A stretch of 64,000 bases of DNA. Origin: Verrucomicrobia subdivision 3 bacterium UBA6082. GTDB taxonomy: Bacteria > Verrucomicrobiota > Verrucomicrobiia > Limisphaerales > UBA8199. The stretch is from NCBI GenBank assembly GCA_002428665.1, contig DIXK01000061.1:20694-84693 (forward strand), written 5' to 3'. The notes under the pieces were generated by a model. It was not told the origin of the DNA and did not search any database. It saw only the letters and a program-made list of their open reading frames with translations. The position numbers were made by a program, and so were the translations under genes. This document shows, piece by piece, positions 8,427 through 17,951 of this stretch; position 1 is the first letter of the stretch, and each line of letters begins with the position of its first letter.

Positions 8427-11400
8427 ATGAGTAACGACAAAGTCAAAATCGCCGTCGGCAAAGCCGCGGTCAGCCCAATCATGCCCGCCAGACCGGCGGT
8501 GCCGGCCAGCGTGGTTCCCTTGTTCCGCAAGGTCGATTGGCTCACCTTCCTGATCGCGTTTGCCGTCGTTATGACTGGCTATTATTTCACCCTGGCTCCC
8601 GAACTAACGCTCGAGGATTCAGGCGAGCTCGTGGTCGGCTCCATGTATGCTGGCATTCCTCACCCCCCCGGCTATCCCGTTTGGACGATTTACACGTGGC
8701 TATGGACCGTCCTCGTTCCGTTTGGAAACATGGCATGGCGCGTTGCCCTCGGCACGGCCTTCAGCAGCGCTGTCGGCGCGGCCCTTCTTGCCCTCCTTGT
8801 TTCCCGGGGCAGCAGCCTCCTCATGGAAGGCATCGAGGAACTCAAAAGCATGGTGGGTACTTGGGAAAGCGCGATCTGCATCATCTCCGGTTTTGTAGCG
8901 GGCTGTCTCCTCGGCTTTAACGGCTACGTTTGGAGTCAGTCGGTGATCGCGGAAGTCTATGCCACCAGCATCGCATCCTTCATGGTGGTGCTCCTGTGTC
9001 TGTTACGATGGATCTACGCCCCTCACCAGCGCCGCTTCCTGTACTACGCGATGTTCGCCTTCGGGATTTCCTTTACCAATCACCAATCCCTGATCATCGC
9101 CGCCATGGGCCTCGAGGTCGCCATCGCTGCCGCCGATCAACGCATGGGCCGAACCTTTTTCCTTTTCAACAGCTTTATCTACCTCGCCGGCCTGATTCTG
9201 AAGAGCCAGGGGATGGTCGGAACGCTGGAAGCCAACCGGGCCATCTTCACGATTTATAATGTGGTGGGGATCGGGTCAATTGCGACCTACGTCTGGCTCG
9301 TCAAGCTGACCGGGATAACATTTCCGGAACTCTGCCGAGACGTCCTTCTGGCAGTGGCTGTCATCCTCTTTGCAGCCGTGCCGCAAATGGGCTTCTTTGG
9401 CATCCTGCTGGGCCTCGGCGCTTTGGCCGGATTTGGCAAGTTCGCGTGGGAAACCCGTAAGGTTGGGCTCGAATGGCTCGTGGTTTTGGTCGCCGGCCTC
9501 TGTTGGATCCTGGGTGCTGCCTTCTACTTCTACATGCCGCTTGCGGGCATGACCAACCCGCCCATGCAATGGGGATATCCGCGCACACTCGAGGGTTTCA
9601 TTCACGCTTTCACCCGCGGACAATACGAGAAAGCAAACCCCACCGATATCATCGGGGACCCATGGCGCTTCATCACGCAACTCGGGATGCTAGTAGAAGG
9701 AATCGTCGACGAGTTCAACTGGGTTTATGCCTTCCTGGCCCTCGTGCCGTTCCTCTTCTTCTTCAGGCTCCACCGTCGGGAACGGGCTTGGCTGGCTGGC
9801 ATTTTTGCCACCTACATTTGCCTTGGAGTTCTGTTGCTCATCTTGCTGAATCCACCGCCGGACCGAGCTGCCAAGGACCTCGTTCGGGTGTTTTTTGGCG
9901 CCTCGCACATGCTCATTGCCCTCTTCGTCGGCTATGGCATGACCCTTGTCGCCGCCTATATGGCGACGCACTATCAACGTTTCCGCTCATGGGGCCTGAT
10001 TGGCGGCTCGGTGGCCGTGGCTCTGGCTCTCTACACTTTCGTCTCCCACACTCGCAACATCTACTTCGGTGAGACCTCGAATGTAGGGCTCGGCGAAATA
10101 CTCTCACTCACTGCACAGACCTTTACCGACAAAGACCAGTTCGGTGTGCCGGTCTTCGCTGGCCTGATCTTGATCGGCATGACGGTGTTGTTTGTAGCCA
10201 GCGTGATTGTCTACCGCAACCGCGCCCCCTTGGCGATCACCCTGGCGATGTTCGCGCTGATGCCCCTCTATCCAGCCATGACTCATTGGGCGAACAACGA
10301 ACAGCGCAATCACTGGTTCGGCTATTGGTTCGGCCATGACATGTTCACCCCGCCCTTCGCCGATGCGGAGCGCCAACCGCTTTACCCGCAAATGACCAAG
10401 GACGCGGTCCTCTACGGAGGCACGGATCCAGGACGATTCTGTCCCACTTACATGATCTTTGCCGACAGCTTAACGGCGTCGAACAATCTACCGGTCATGG
10501 ATCAATCCTTCGATCGGCGTGATGTTTATATCATCACACAGAACGCCCTGGCCGACGGCACGTACCTCAATTACATCCGGGCGCATTACAACCGCAGTCA
10601 GCAGATCGATCCTCCGTTCTTCCAGGAACTTTTCCGGCGCCAGAAAGAGCGCGAGGAGAATTATAGAACCAATGCCATTGCCCGTGCGGTGATTCCTCTC
10701 GACCGGTACTTTACCGACCTCGGCGACCGCATCGAGAAGCGGCGTCGCGTCTTTACCTCATGGTTTGAAGCAGATCACTTTGTGGATTTCAAGAGCTTCA
10801 CCGACAAGCTTCGATCATCGCCTGCGCCAGATCCCTTGACGGGTTTTATTTACGATTCCCTCAGCAAGGAAACCAAGCAACTCCTTGCTGGCAGCGGCAA
10901 TGAGAAGGCCGCCCGCAAGGCGCTGGCAAAGGACCTCAATTTGTTGATTGACCGTGAACTGCAGGTGGCTGGAGAGTTGAATAAACTGAAGCAGGAAATC
11001 GCCAAGATCGAGTATGCCTTCGGAGCCGGCAAAAGCTCTGAGCGCCTTAACCGCAAACTCGACGAGTTGAACGGAAAGGTCGCCGAACTGGCAAAAATCG
11101 GCCCATTGTATCGACCAGAGCGTTTCCAGCATGTGAAGTTTTCGGATTACCTGCAGCAGTTCATCAAGGAAAACCCGCAGAGCCATACCCGAGTGCGCTT
11201 GAACCGGCTTTTGCTCGAAGCGGCCTACCCGAAGGAAATCGCGGCCACGAAGGGCGGCGTATACCCAGATCGCGAAATCTACATTGCCACCCAGAGAGAC
11301 TCTCAGCGTTGCTTCGAGGAATACCTGCAAGACGCGCAACGGCGTCTCTCGCTAGGGCAACTCAAACCCGGGGAGGACGTAAAGGTCGTGGATAACCGCG

Positions 11401-12761
11401 TGCAAGTGTCAGGCCAGGTTGCAGTCATGAGCATCAACGGCCTCATCACAAAAGTGATGTTCGACAAGAACCCGAACAACGAGTTTTTCCTTGAGGAGAG
11501 CTTCCCGCTGGAATGGATGTATCCGCACCTAACGCCGTTCGGCATCATCATGAAGATCAATCGCCAGCCGTTGCCTGAACTTACGGAGGAAATCGTGAAA
11601 CGCGATCACGAGTTTTGGACGAAGTATTCCGAGCGGCTGATCGGCAACTGGATCACCTACGATACGCCAATGTCTGAAATCGCGGAATTTGTTGAGCGCG
11701 TGTACCTGCGCAAGAACTTCAAGGATTTCAAGGGCGACCGTAAGTTCGTGCGTGACGACCAGGCGCAGAAGGCATTCTCGAAGCTTCGGAGTTCCATTGG
11801 CGGTGTGTACAACTGGCGTATCGCCAACGCCAAACCGGGGAGCACCGAACAACAGCGCATGATCAAGGAGGCGGACTTTGCGTTCCGTCAGGCGTTCGCG
11901 TTTTGCCCATACAGCCCCGAAGCGGTTTTTCGTTACGTCCAATTATTGCTGAGCATGCAACGGCTCGACGACGCATTGATCGTAGCCTCAACGTGTTTGA
12001 AACTGGATCCTTACAACGCCCAGGTGCTGGACCTGGTGAATCGGCTGAGCACCTGGAAGAAAGAGCGCGGAGCTGCTCCGGCCCAGCCAGCCAACCTGGT
12101 CGAAATGGAAAACGCCGTAATGAAGAACCCGGCTGATTTTCAAGCGGCGCTAAACCTGGCTGGAACCTATCTCCAAATGCAACAGACGGCCCGGGCGATC
12201 CAGATCCTCGATGGCATTCTAAGCCATCCGAAAGTTGACCCGCCCGCATGCCGCGCCTTGATCCAGGCCTACATGAGCATTGGGAACACCGGCAAAATAC
12301 AGGAAGTGGTGACCCGGCTTCAAACCATGTCTGGTGAAAATAGTAATTTCGACGCCTCACTGGCACTCGCGGAAGCCTACCGTATGCAGCAGAAGAACGA
12401 CTTGGCTCTCCAAACGCTCGACCAAGTGTCCACTAATCCGGCGGTCGATCCCAACACGGTTCTGCAGCTTGCAGAGCAATACGCCGCCCTGATGAATTAT
12501 CCCAGGCTGGAAAGCACGCTCGATCGACTCACGACCCTGGCTCCCGCCTCACCCGAAGCCTGGTACGACTTGGCAGCGTTGAAAGCCACCTTAGGCAAAT
12601 CCTCCGAATCACTCCAAGCCGTCCGTCGTGCCTTTGAACTCAGTGCCCAGCGCCTGCAAAAGGATTCCAAAGCGCGTGACTTGGTTGCCGAAGCTCAGAA
12701 AGACCCCCGGTTCGAGCAACTAAAGAAGACCCCCGAGTTCCAGCAGATTCTGAGCAAGTAG
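8427..12761 (+). CDS. DUF2723 (TMEM260-like, GT-C fold) polytopic membrane protein with central coiled coil and C-terminal TPR repeats
   Basis: 1444-aa ORF with GGGAGGGA upstream of the ATG. The N-terminal signature [34 protein letters not shown] is followed by more than 10 hydrophobic segments. A coiled-coil stretch follows ([13 protein letters not shown]...[14 protein letters not shown]), then TPR-like repeats in the last ~350 aa. Confidence 0.8.
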   Translation: MSNDKVKIAVGKAAVSPIMPARPAVPASVVPLFRKVDWLTFLIAFAVVMTGYYFTLAPELTLEDSGELVVGSMYAGIPHPPGYPVWTIYTWLWTVLVPFGNMAWRVALGTAFSSAVGAALLALLVSRGSSLLMEGIEELKSMVGTWESAICIISGFVAGCLLGFNGYVWSQSVIAEVYATSIASFMVVLLCLLRWIYAPHQRRFLYYAMFAFGISFTNHQSLIIAAMGLEVAIAAADQRMGRTFFLFNSFIYLAGLILKSQGMVGTLEANRAIFTIYNVVGIGSIATYVWLVKLTGITFPELCRDVLLAVAVILFAAVPQMGFFGILLGLGALAGFGKFAWETRKVGLEWLVVLVAGLCWILGAAFYFYMPLAGMTNPPMQWGYPRTLEGFIHAFTRGQYEKANPTDIIGDPWRFITQLGMLVEGIVDEFNWVYAFLALVPFLFFFRLHRRERAWLAGIFATYICLGVLLLILLNPPPDRAAKDLVRVFFGASHMLIALFVGYGMTLVAAYMATHYQRFRSWGLIGGSVAVALALYTFVSHTRNIYFGETSNVGLGEILSLTAQTFTDKDQFGVPVFAGLILIGMTVLFVASVIVYRNRAPLAITLAMFALMPLYPAMTHWANNEQRNHWFGYWFGHDMFTPPFADAERQPLYPQMTKDAVLYGGTDPGRFCPTYMIFADSLTASNNLPVMDQSFDRRDVYIITQNALADGTYLNYIRAHYNRSQQIDPPFFQELFRRQKEREENYRTNAIARAVIPLDRYFTDLGDRIEKRRRVFTSWFEADHFVDFKSFTDKLRSSPAPDPLTGFIYDSLSKETKQLLAGSGNEKAARKALAKDLNLLIDRELQVAGELNKLKQEIAKIEYAFGAGKSSERLNRKLDELNGKVAELAKIGPLYRPERFQHVKFSDYLQQFIKENPQSHTRVRLNRLLLEAAYPKEIAATKGGVYPDREIYIATQRDSQRCFEEYLQDAQRRLSLGQLKPGEDVKVVDNRVQVSGQVAVMSINGLITKVMFDKNPNNEFFLEESFPLEWMYPHLTPFGIIMKINRQPLPELTEEIVKRDHEFWTKYSERLIGNWITYDTPMSEIAEFVERVYLRKNFKDFKGDRKFVRDDQAQKAFSKLRSSIGGVYNWRIANAKPGSTEQQRMIKEADFAFRQAFAFCPYSPEAVFRYVQLLLSMQRLDDALIVASTCLKLDPYNAQVLDLVNRLSTWKKERGAAPAQPANLVEMENAVMKNPADFQAALNLAGTYLQMQQTARAIQILDGILSHPKVDPPACRALIQAYMSIGNTGKIQEVVTRLQTMSGENSNFDASLALAEAYRMQQKNDLALQTLDQVSTNPAVDPNTVLQLAEQYAALMNYPRLESTLDRLTTLAPASPEAWYDLAALKATLGKSSESLQAVRRAFELSAQRLQKDSKARDLVAEAQKDPRFEQLKKTPEFQQILSK

Positions 12762-12808
12762 GCTTCATGCCGCAGGGGTGATTGGGCCTCACCGCCAAGG
12801 GTTGCTCC

Positions 12809-13117
12809 TCACCAGGCGCCCGTCCGACGGCGCCCCTCGTCGGTCATCATCGACGGGTGCCAGGGTGGATCCCAGACGACATGCACCTCTACCTCCTCGA
12901 CCTCTGGGAGATTCAACAGAGCCATCCGGACTCCATAAGCAATACTTTCATGCATCGGGCATCCGCGCGTCGTCAGCGTCATTGAGACCGTCACTTTAGC
13001 CCCCTCAATAGCCACCGCGTAAATCAACCCCAGGTCGACAATATTACAGTCGATTTCGGGATCGATTACTTCCTGCAACACTTCCAATATCCTCTCTTCA
13101 GTTAAAGCGCTGGTCAT
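12809..13117 (-). CDS. DUF59 / MIP18-family metal-sulfur cluster assembly factor
   Basis: 102-aa ORF: EVIDPEIDCNIVDLGLIY...VSMTLTTRGCPMHESI is the classic DUF59 (SufT/PaaD-like) pattern. Confidence 0.8.
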   Translation of the reverse strand: MTSALTEERILEVLQEVIDPEIDCNIVDLGLIYAVAIEGAKVTVSMTLTTRGCPMHESIAYGVRMALLNLPEVEEVEVHVVWDPPWHPSMMTDEGRRRTGAW

Positions 13118-13132
13118 AGTGATATCCTGACA

Positions 13133-14584
13133 TTATTTCGAAAGGCTCAGCTGAGGGATCAAAGCCGCCTGATTTCCCGGTCGTTTGGCAGGTTCGGGAA
13201 GAGCGCTTATCCGTGGGCTTAATCGATGCCTTAGCATCAGCAGCAGATTAGCGATCAGAGCGAAGGCGCTAAACAAGAGCGTGACCGCTCCTAAACGCAC
13301 GGTGAGATGATGCGAGAGCAGGATGCCGGCACTGCACACCACCAAGCCGGTTACATAGCTCCAGTGGCAAACGACCTGCAAGCGTATTGAATACAGATCA
13401 GAAAGCGCAGGCACCTTGCTCCGACCGATGTGCGGGCTGTAGGTAGCAAACCACACCAGAAACGGAACGATTTTGTGCAGCATGCCAACCATCGCGAACG
13501 AGATCACGCCCAACAAGCCAAGAAATCCATAAAGGTTCTCTAACTGGCCGGTGAATGAGTTCAGCGGCAAGTTCGGGCAGCTAAGGATCATAGCCAGCGC
13601 AGACACAGGCACGAGCGCAGTCACCCCAGAGAGAAACCCCTTTACCCCCCAATCCAAAGTCTTGCGCCGGCGCGCCTTCAGGATGGCATTCAATTCAAAA
13701 CCGTAGAGAATTATTCCCCCCAGGATGAGGAAAGTGAAACCGAGCTTTAGCGGGCTGCGTATGAGAATCGCGAAAAAACCTCCAGCAAGGCCACAGTTAA
13801 GACAAATCAATGAAAACCGCGCCCGCCATACATTCTGCAGTTCACTGAGGGTGAACATGGGAATCAACTTGTAGGAGATGCCCACCAACATCATCAAGAA
13901 AAAGCCCACTGCCCCGAGATGAGCATGAGCGTGCATCGCTCCGATCTGGTCAAACCGCGCAGCGAGCGTGGCCACATTACTTAGACCATGGATCACCACA
14001 CCCCAGAAGCTCGACGGAGCCAGCGTCTCCGCTGACTCATAAGAGCACTTGCCCGCGGTAATTAACAGACCAGCGGTGACTGCCAAGCCCAGCCATAAAA
14101 GCGAGGAGGCAACGGCGGTAGCCACCACGCTCCATTTCTCAACGCGCAGCAACGTTCGCGACAGATTGTAAACAAACAGCAGCACCCCCACTGCGAGGGC
14201 GGAACCGAAATGCGCCACCTGCTTCATGTTCCAGGTCCAAAACATCCACACCATGCCCACGAAACCTACGAGGTGGAAAACGAATTGCCAGCGCGCCATG
14301 CGCTCACTGTATAGCTTCGTTTCCAGGGCCACCGGAACCAATTGGTACATGGCTCCCATGATCACCGTGGTAATCCAGCCCAGCACGAAGAGGTGGGTCG
14401 CTGCAATGACGTATTGGTTATAATGATACGAGGCGAGAATGTCGGGCCGGAGAGCGAGCAAGACCAGGCCAATGACAAAAGCCACGACCCCAGTAAGGAT
14501 AAAACGGAAGGGTAACAACACCGAAGGGGCGTTGACCACCGCAGGCCCACCCGGTGCAGTGGCAGGTTCAGGCACGCGTGACAT
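13133..14584 (-). CDS. Polytopic membrane protein with a repeated H-L-x3-G-x7-G-x2-Y-[QK]-L-[VI]-P motif (possibly heme-copper-oxidase-subunit-I-like; function unknown)
   Basis: About 12-14 hydrophobic helices. Motif copies at 14333-14395, 13859-13921 and a degenerate one at 13463-13525. ATG at 14584 (or 14602) avoids most of the overlap with the upstream DUF2249 gene; the track ORF extends to 14725. Confidence 0.65.
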   Translation of the reverse strand: MSRVPEPATAPGGPAVVNAPSVLLPFRFILTGVVAFVIGLVLLALRPDILASYHYNQYVIAATHLFVLGWITTVIMGAMYQLVPVALETKLYSERMARWQFVFHLVGFVGMVWMFWTWNMKQVAHFGSALAVGVLLFVYNLSRTLLRVEKWSVVATAVASSLLWLGLAVTAGLLITAGKCSYESAETLAPSSFWGVVIHGLSNVATLAARFDQIGAMHAHAHLGAVGFFLMMLVGISYKLIPMFTLSELQNVWRARFSLICLNCGLAGGFFAILIRSPLKLGFTFLILGGIILYGFELNAILKARRRKTLDWGVKGFLSGVTALVPVSALAMILSCPNLPLNSFTGQLENLYGFLGLLGVISFAMVGMLHKIVPFLVWFATYSPHIGRSKVPALSDLYSIRLQVVCHWSYVTGLVVCSAGILLSHHLTVRLGAVTLLFSAFALIANLLLMLRHRLSPRISALPEPAKRPGNQAALIPQLSLSK

Positions 14585-15086
14585 AGGTGACAAAGCTCCC
14601 ATCCGCCCGCGGCTCGGTTCGCGCAACGAAGCCGCGCTGCTCAATCTCCGGATAGAGGTGCATGGGGCGGCGATCCGTGAAAGCCCGGAGCGAGGTGCCC
14701 TCGGGCAAGACGGCGAGAGCCTCAAGAATTTTCACCATGGGTTCCGGAGGTTCGAGTCCACGTGTGTCGACCTCCACTTCCTCCACGGAGCGCTGGCCTG
14801 TAGCGGCGCCTGGCGCTGTCGGCGCCGCCGGTGGAGGCGCGACCGCTTGGTGCGTTTCACGGGAGAAGCTGACTTCCCAATCGCCATTCGGCAGTTCTTT
14901 TGCCTCGTGCGCAAAGCCCTGGCCTGCCAGCATCGAAATGAGAGGGAGGGGTCGGAAGGGCGCAACAAGTTTGAGGTCTTGGTCAGGCTTGAGCCGTCCA
15001 ATGGCCTGCATAATTAGCCCAAACGGTTCCCTGCCCTGGCGGATTTCCGGGCGAACATCCATTTCAATGACTTTCCTGCTCTTCAC
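14568..15086 (-). CDS. Tandem DUF2249 domain protein
   Basis: Two repeats of the DUF2249 pattern (MDVRPEIRQGREPFGLIMQAI...LVAPFRPLPL and VDTRGLEPPEPMVKILEAL...RAFTDRRPMHLY). GTG at 15086 or ATG at 15062. Confidence 0.7.
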   Translation of the reverse strand: MKSRKVIEMDVRPEIRQGREPFGLIMQAIGRLKPDQDLKLVAPFRPLPLISMLAGQGFAHEAKELPNGDWEVSFSRETHQAVAPPPAAPTAPGAATGQRSVEEVEVDTRGLEPPEPMVKILEALAVLPEGTSLRAFTDRRPMHLYPEIEQRGFVARTEPRADGSFVTYVTRA

Positions 15087-15187
15087 AGTTTGAACCTAAA
15101 CCACAGCCAGCATCAGTGCTTTGACGCAAATCAAGCCTTCCGCAGATCAGTGCCCCCTGAGATCACCGTCTGGGCGCGCACCTAAAG

Positions 15188-17473
15188 TCAGCGGTTTAGC
15201 GCCCGGAGCAGGTCGGCAGCCGAGGCGTTCGCCGGCTCTAATTCAAGCACTCGGCTGAGTGCGGCACGCGCCTCATCGATCCTCCCTGCCCGCGCCAAAA
15301 TGGTGGCCCGAGCGTAAGGGATCTGAGCCGATGTGGGGTCAAGCCTTTCGGCGCGTTGCAAGGCCTCAAGCGCTTTGGCCGATTGCCCGTCGTCGTTATA
15401 GGCCAAGCCCAAGTTATACCAGCCTCGAACGAATCGGGGATCCAGCACCACCGCTTGCTCCAAAGCCGCCCGTGCCTCCTGGTGATGCCCAGTCTCGTTC
15501 AGCGCCAACCCCAACTTGAAACGGTATTCGACGTCCCCTGGTGCAAGTCGGCAGGCGGCACGGAGTGATGTAACAGCCTCATGGATTTTGCCTTCCATGC
15601 TCAATCCCACAGCAAAGGCATGATGCAACGGAGCGGAGTTGGTATCCCACATCAGAGCCCGGCGGAAGTATTCCATAGCTTGCGGCAGATTCTGGCGATC
15701 GAGATGAAATACACCCGCTTGCAGTGAGCCGGATGGCTGGTCCACAACATGGGCCAAGTAATTCAGGAGGTCCGCTCCAGCCGGGGAGTTGGTATCTAGC
15801 CCCGAGCGCAGTCCCCAGGCAGCATCGATCCGCACACCGCGCACAGGATCGCTGAGCAGGGAACGGTAGGCGCCCAAGACGGCAGCATTCCCAGCTGGAA
15901 TGAGGGATTCCAGTGACCTAAGCCCCATCGACCGCACGAGGGAGTTGGTGTCATGCGTCGCCCTGAGCAGCGCCTGATTGACCTCTGGCAGGTGGCTCCA
16001 ACGACGGAGAAAACCCGCGGAAACAGCCCGCCAGAAGGCGTTGGTTTCCGTGGAAAGCAACGCGACCAAGTCTGGACGTGCCGCCTCATCCCCCTGCTTG
16101 GCGCGAGCCATAACTTGGTTGCGGGTACGCGTAGGACGGAGCATACGGTCGCCATACCATTTCTCCGTGAATTCGATGGCCCACTGCGCATCTCGATCGT
16201 CATGACAGCGATTGCAGGCATTGGGAATGCCAAACTGAATGGTGAGCAGCGGATCAGGGATCGTGAAACCATGATCATGACGGGCATGGCGCTGCATGTA
16301 AACCGTTTGGGGCATGTGGCAATCGACACAGTTATCGCCCCGGGTCCCGGGTTTATGAAAGCTGTGTGTGGCAGGATCGATCTTCGGGGCCGGCGGAACC
16401 GGTGCGGCGTGACAGACCATGCACAGGTTGTTGCCGACCATCCGGACTTTGCTGCCGTGCGGTTCGTGGCAATCGATGCAGAGGACTCCCGAGGCTCGCA
16501 TGGCGCTGCCCATAAAGGCGGTGAACTCAAAATCCTCATCCCGAATTTGGCCGTCTGGATAAAACAGGTCTGTTTCGTCAGGAATGGTGAGTGAGTAATG
16601 GTCGAAAAAATCGTCCCCCGGGCGAAAGTCGCCCGTTAATTCAGCCCGACGGGAATGGCAGGAGGCACAAGTCGAAAGCCACTGACCGCGGCTAAGCTTG
16701 CGGATCGTGGGGTCGCCAGTTTGCTTGGGATGCTTAGCCTGCCAGGCGTTGTGATCCTCCATCGGCCCGTGACAAGCTTCGCAGCCCACGCCGCGTTCCG
16801 CCATGGTTGTGCGATAGAAATCGGACTGAAAATCGTAGTTCTTGCGCACCCGCGTATTATGACAGGCGGCACACATTACATTCCAGGTCATGCCTCGTCC
16901 TGTCCAGTGACCCCATTCGCCGGGTCTGCGGTCGTCCTCGCCGTAGACGTTGAACCAATCAGGGTGATTGGGATCAAAAGCGAGTTCAGTGGCTTGGTAC
17001 CGACCGCCGGGCGCGGGGATCAGGAATTGGTGCAGGGGATTAACCGCGAGCACCCGCTCGGGCCGGAAAGGTTGTTGGCGCCCGTCGATCCCGGCGGTGA
17101 CAATCTCAAATTGCCCGTCCCTGGTCTGGACCCAATCGCGATTGGATCCGTGAGAAAACTTAAAATGCGACTGGAAGGCCACGCCGTCAATTTCCGGGTC
17201 AATTAATCGTTCCGCCCGGGCATGGTGCGAATGCATCCACAGGGCATAGGCTTCTTCGTGGCAAGACTTGCACGAAGGCGAGCCTCCGTAAAGAGCGAAG
17301 ACCGCCTCGTCCTTCGGCCCCGGCTTAGGGCGGCCGGTATTCGGGCTTGACCGCAACCCACTCCAAGCCCAGATCAGAGCAACTGCCAGGACGAGCAGCA
17401 AGCCAGCGTACAACGCCCAGGAGGAACTACGACTGCGTCCACGCTGCGCGCTTCTCTTGGGTTGAACTGGCAT
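15188..17473 (-). CDS. Membrane-anchored octaheme c-type cytochrome fused to TPR repeats
   Basis: Eight CXXCH motifs (CKSCH, CAACH, CEACH, CASCH, CIDCH, CMVCH, CVDCH, CNRCH), an N-terminal anchor (WALYAGLLLVLAVALIWAW) and a TPR-like C-terminal ~300 aa. ATG at 17473; the track start at 17479 is TTG. Confidence 0.85.
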   Translation of the reverse strand: MPVQPKRSAQRGRSRSSSWALYAGLLLVLAVALIWAWSGLRSSPNTGRPKPGPKDEAVFALYGGSPSCKSCHEEAYALWMHSHHARAERLIDPEIDGVAFQSHFKFSHGSNRDWVQTRDGQFEIVTAGIDGRQQPFRPERVLAVNPLHQFLIPAPGGRYQATELAFDPNHPDWFNVYGEDDRRPGEWGHWTGRGMTWNVMCAACHNTRVRKNYDFQSDFYRTTMAERGVGCEACHGPMEDHNAWQAKHPKQTGDPTIRKLSRGQWLSTCASCHSRRAELTGDFRPGDDFFDHYSLTIPDETDLFYPDGQIRDEDFEFTAFMGSAMRASGVLCIDCHEPHGSKVRMVGNNLCMVCHAAPVPPAPKIDPATHSFHKPGTRGDNCVDCHMPQTVYMQRHARHDHGFTIPDPLLTIQFGIPNACNRCHDDRDAQWAIEFTEKWYGDRMLRPTRTRNQVMARAKQGDEAARPDLVALLSTETNAFWRAVSAGFLRRWSHLPEVNQALLRATHDTNSLVRSMGLRSLESLIPAGNAAVLGAYRSLLSDPVRGVRIDAAWGLRSGLDTNSPAGADLLNYLAHVVDQPSGSLQAGVFHLDRQNLPQAMEYFRRALMWDTNSAPLHHAFAVGLSMEGKIHEAVTSLRAACRLAPGDVEYRFKLGLALNETGHHQEARAALEQAVVLDPRFVRGWYNLGLAYNDDGQSAKALEALQRAERLDPTSAQIPYARATILARAGRIDEARAALSRVLELEPANASAADLLRALNR

Positions 17474-17640
17474 AACCAAGGACAGGTTAGCAGTAGCCCA
17501 GGGCGGGATTCTACCAAAAACGACCGCTGCTGGCGCGCTGAATCCATGGAGGTTACTTTAGACCTGACATCCCAACTCCGCCTTGATATAGATCCATTCC
17601 TGGCAAGGTATTTGGAAAACTGGAAGCGATCGGATTTCAT

Positions 17641-17898
17641 ATGTTTAGAAACAGCAAGCTGCTATTGATCATTGCGATCGGCCTCTCGGTAGTAGGCTTG
17701 AGCATTGAATTGGGAATGTTCAAGACCAAAGGCATGCCCGTCATGCACGTGCTGCTCCCGGTCGGAGCGATTTTTATTGGGTTGTACCTGGTCTCCAGAT
17801 TCCTTGCCAAGGAGGACGAACTGCACGCTGAGGACCAGAAAAAAACCGTCCCGGCCAGCGTCCCTGTGGGCAAAGTCTCGCGGCAAAACCGGCGCTGA
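17641..17898 (+). CDS. Small two-helix membrane protein (hypothetical)
   Basis: 85-aa ORF with two clear hydrophobic helices (LLLIIAIGLSVVGLSI, LLPVGAIFIGLYLV) and a charged tail. No family recognised. Confidence 0.4.
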   Translation: MFRNSKLLLIIAIGLSVVGLSIELGMFKTKGMPVMHVLLPVGAIFIGLYLVSRFLAKEDELHAEDQKKTVPASVPVGKVSRQNRR

Positions 17899-17951
17899 TT
17901 CCCGCCTACACCCAACCGCTCCGAGGCTAAACGCCGAGCGGCAAATGTCAC

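Noticed and set aside
14585-14725. Upstream extensions of track ORFs overlap the preceding gene. This occurs for the membrane protein at 14585-14725, and likewise for E1-beta (60695-60838), purA (6598-6615), lpxA (2983-3030), the gspF-like gene (39689-39739) and the secreted protein (52141-52209).
   Set aside because: Internal ATGs give family-typical N-termini and remove long overlaps. The extensions are longest-ORF artefacts, and several use GTG or TTG.
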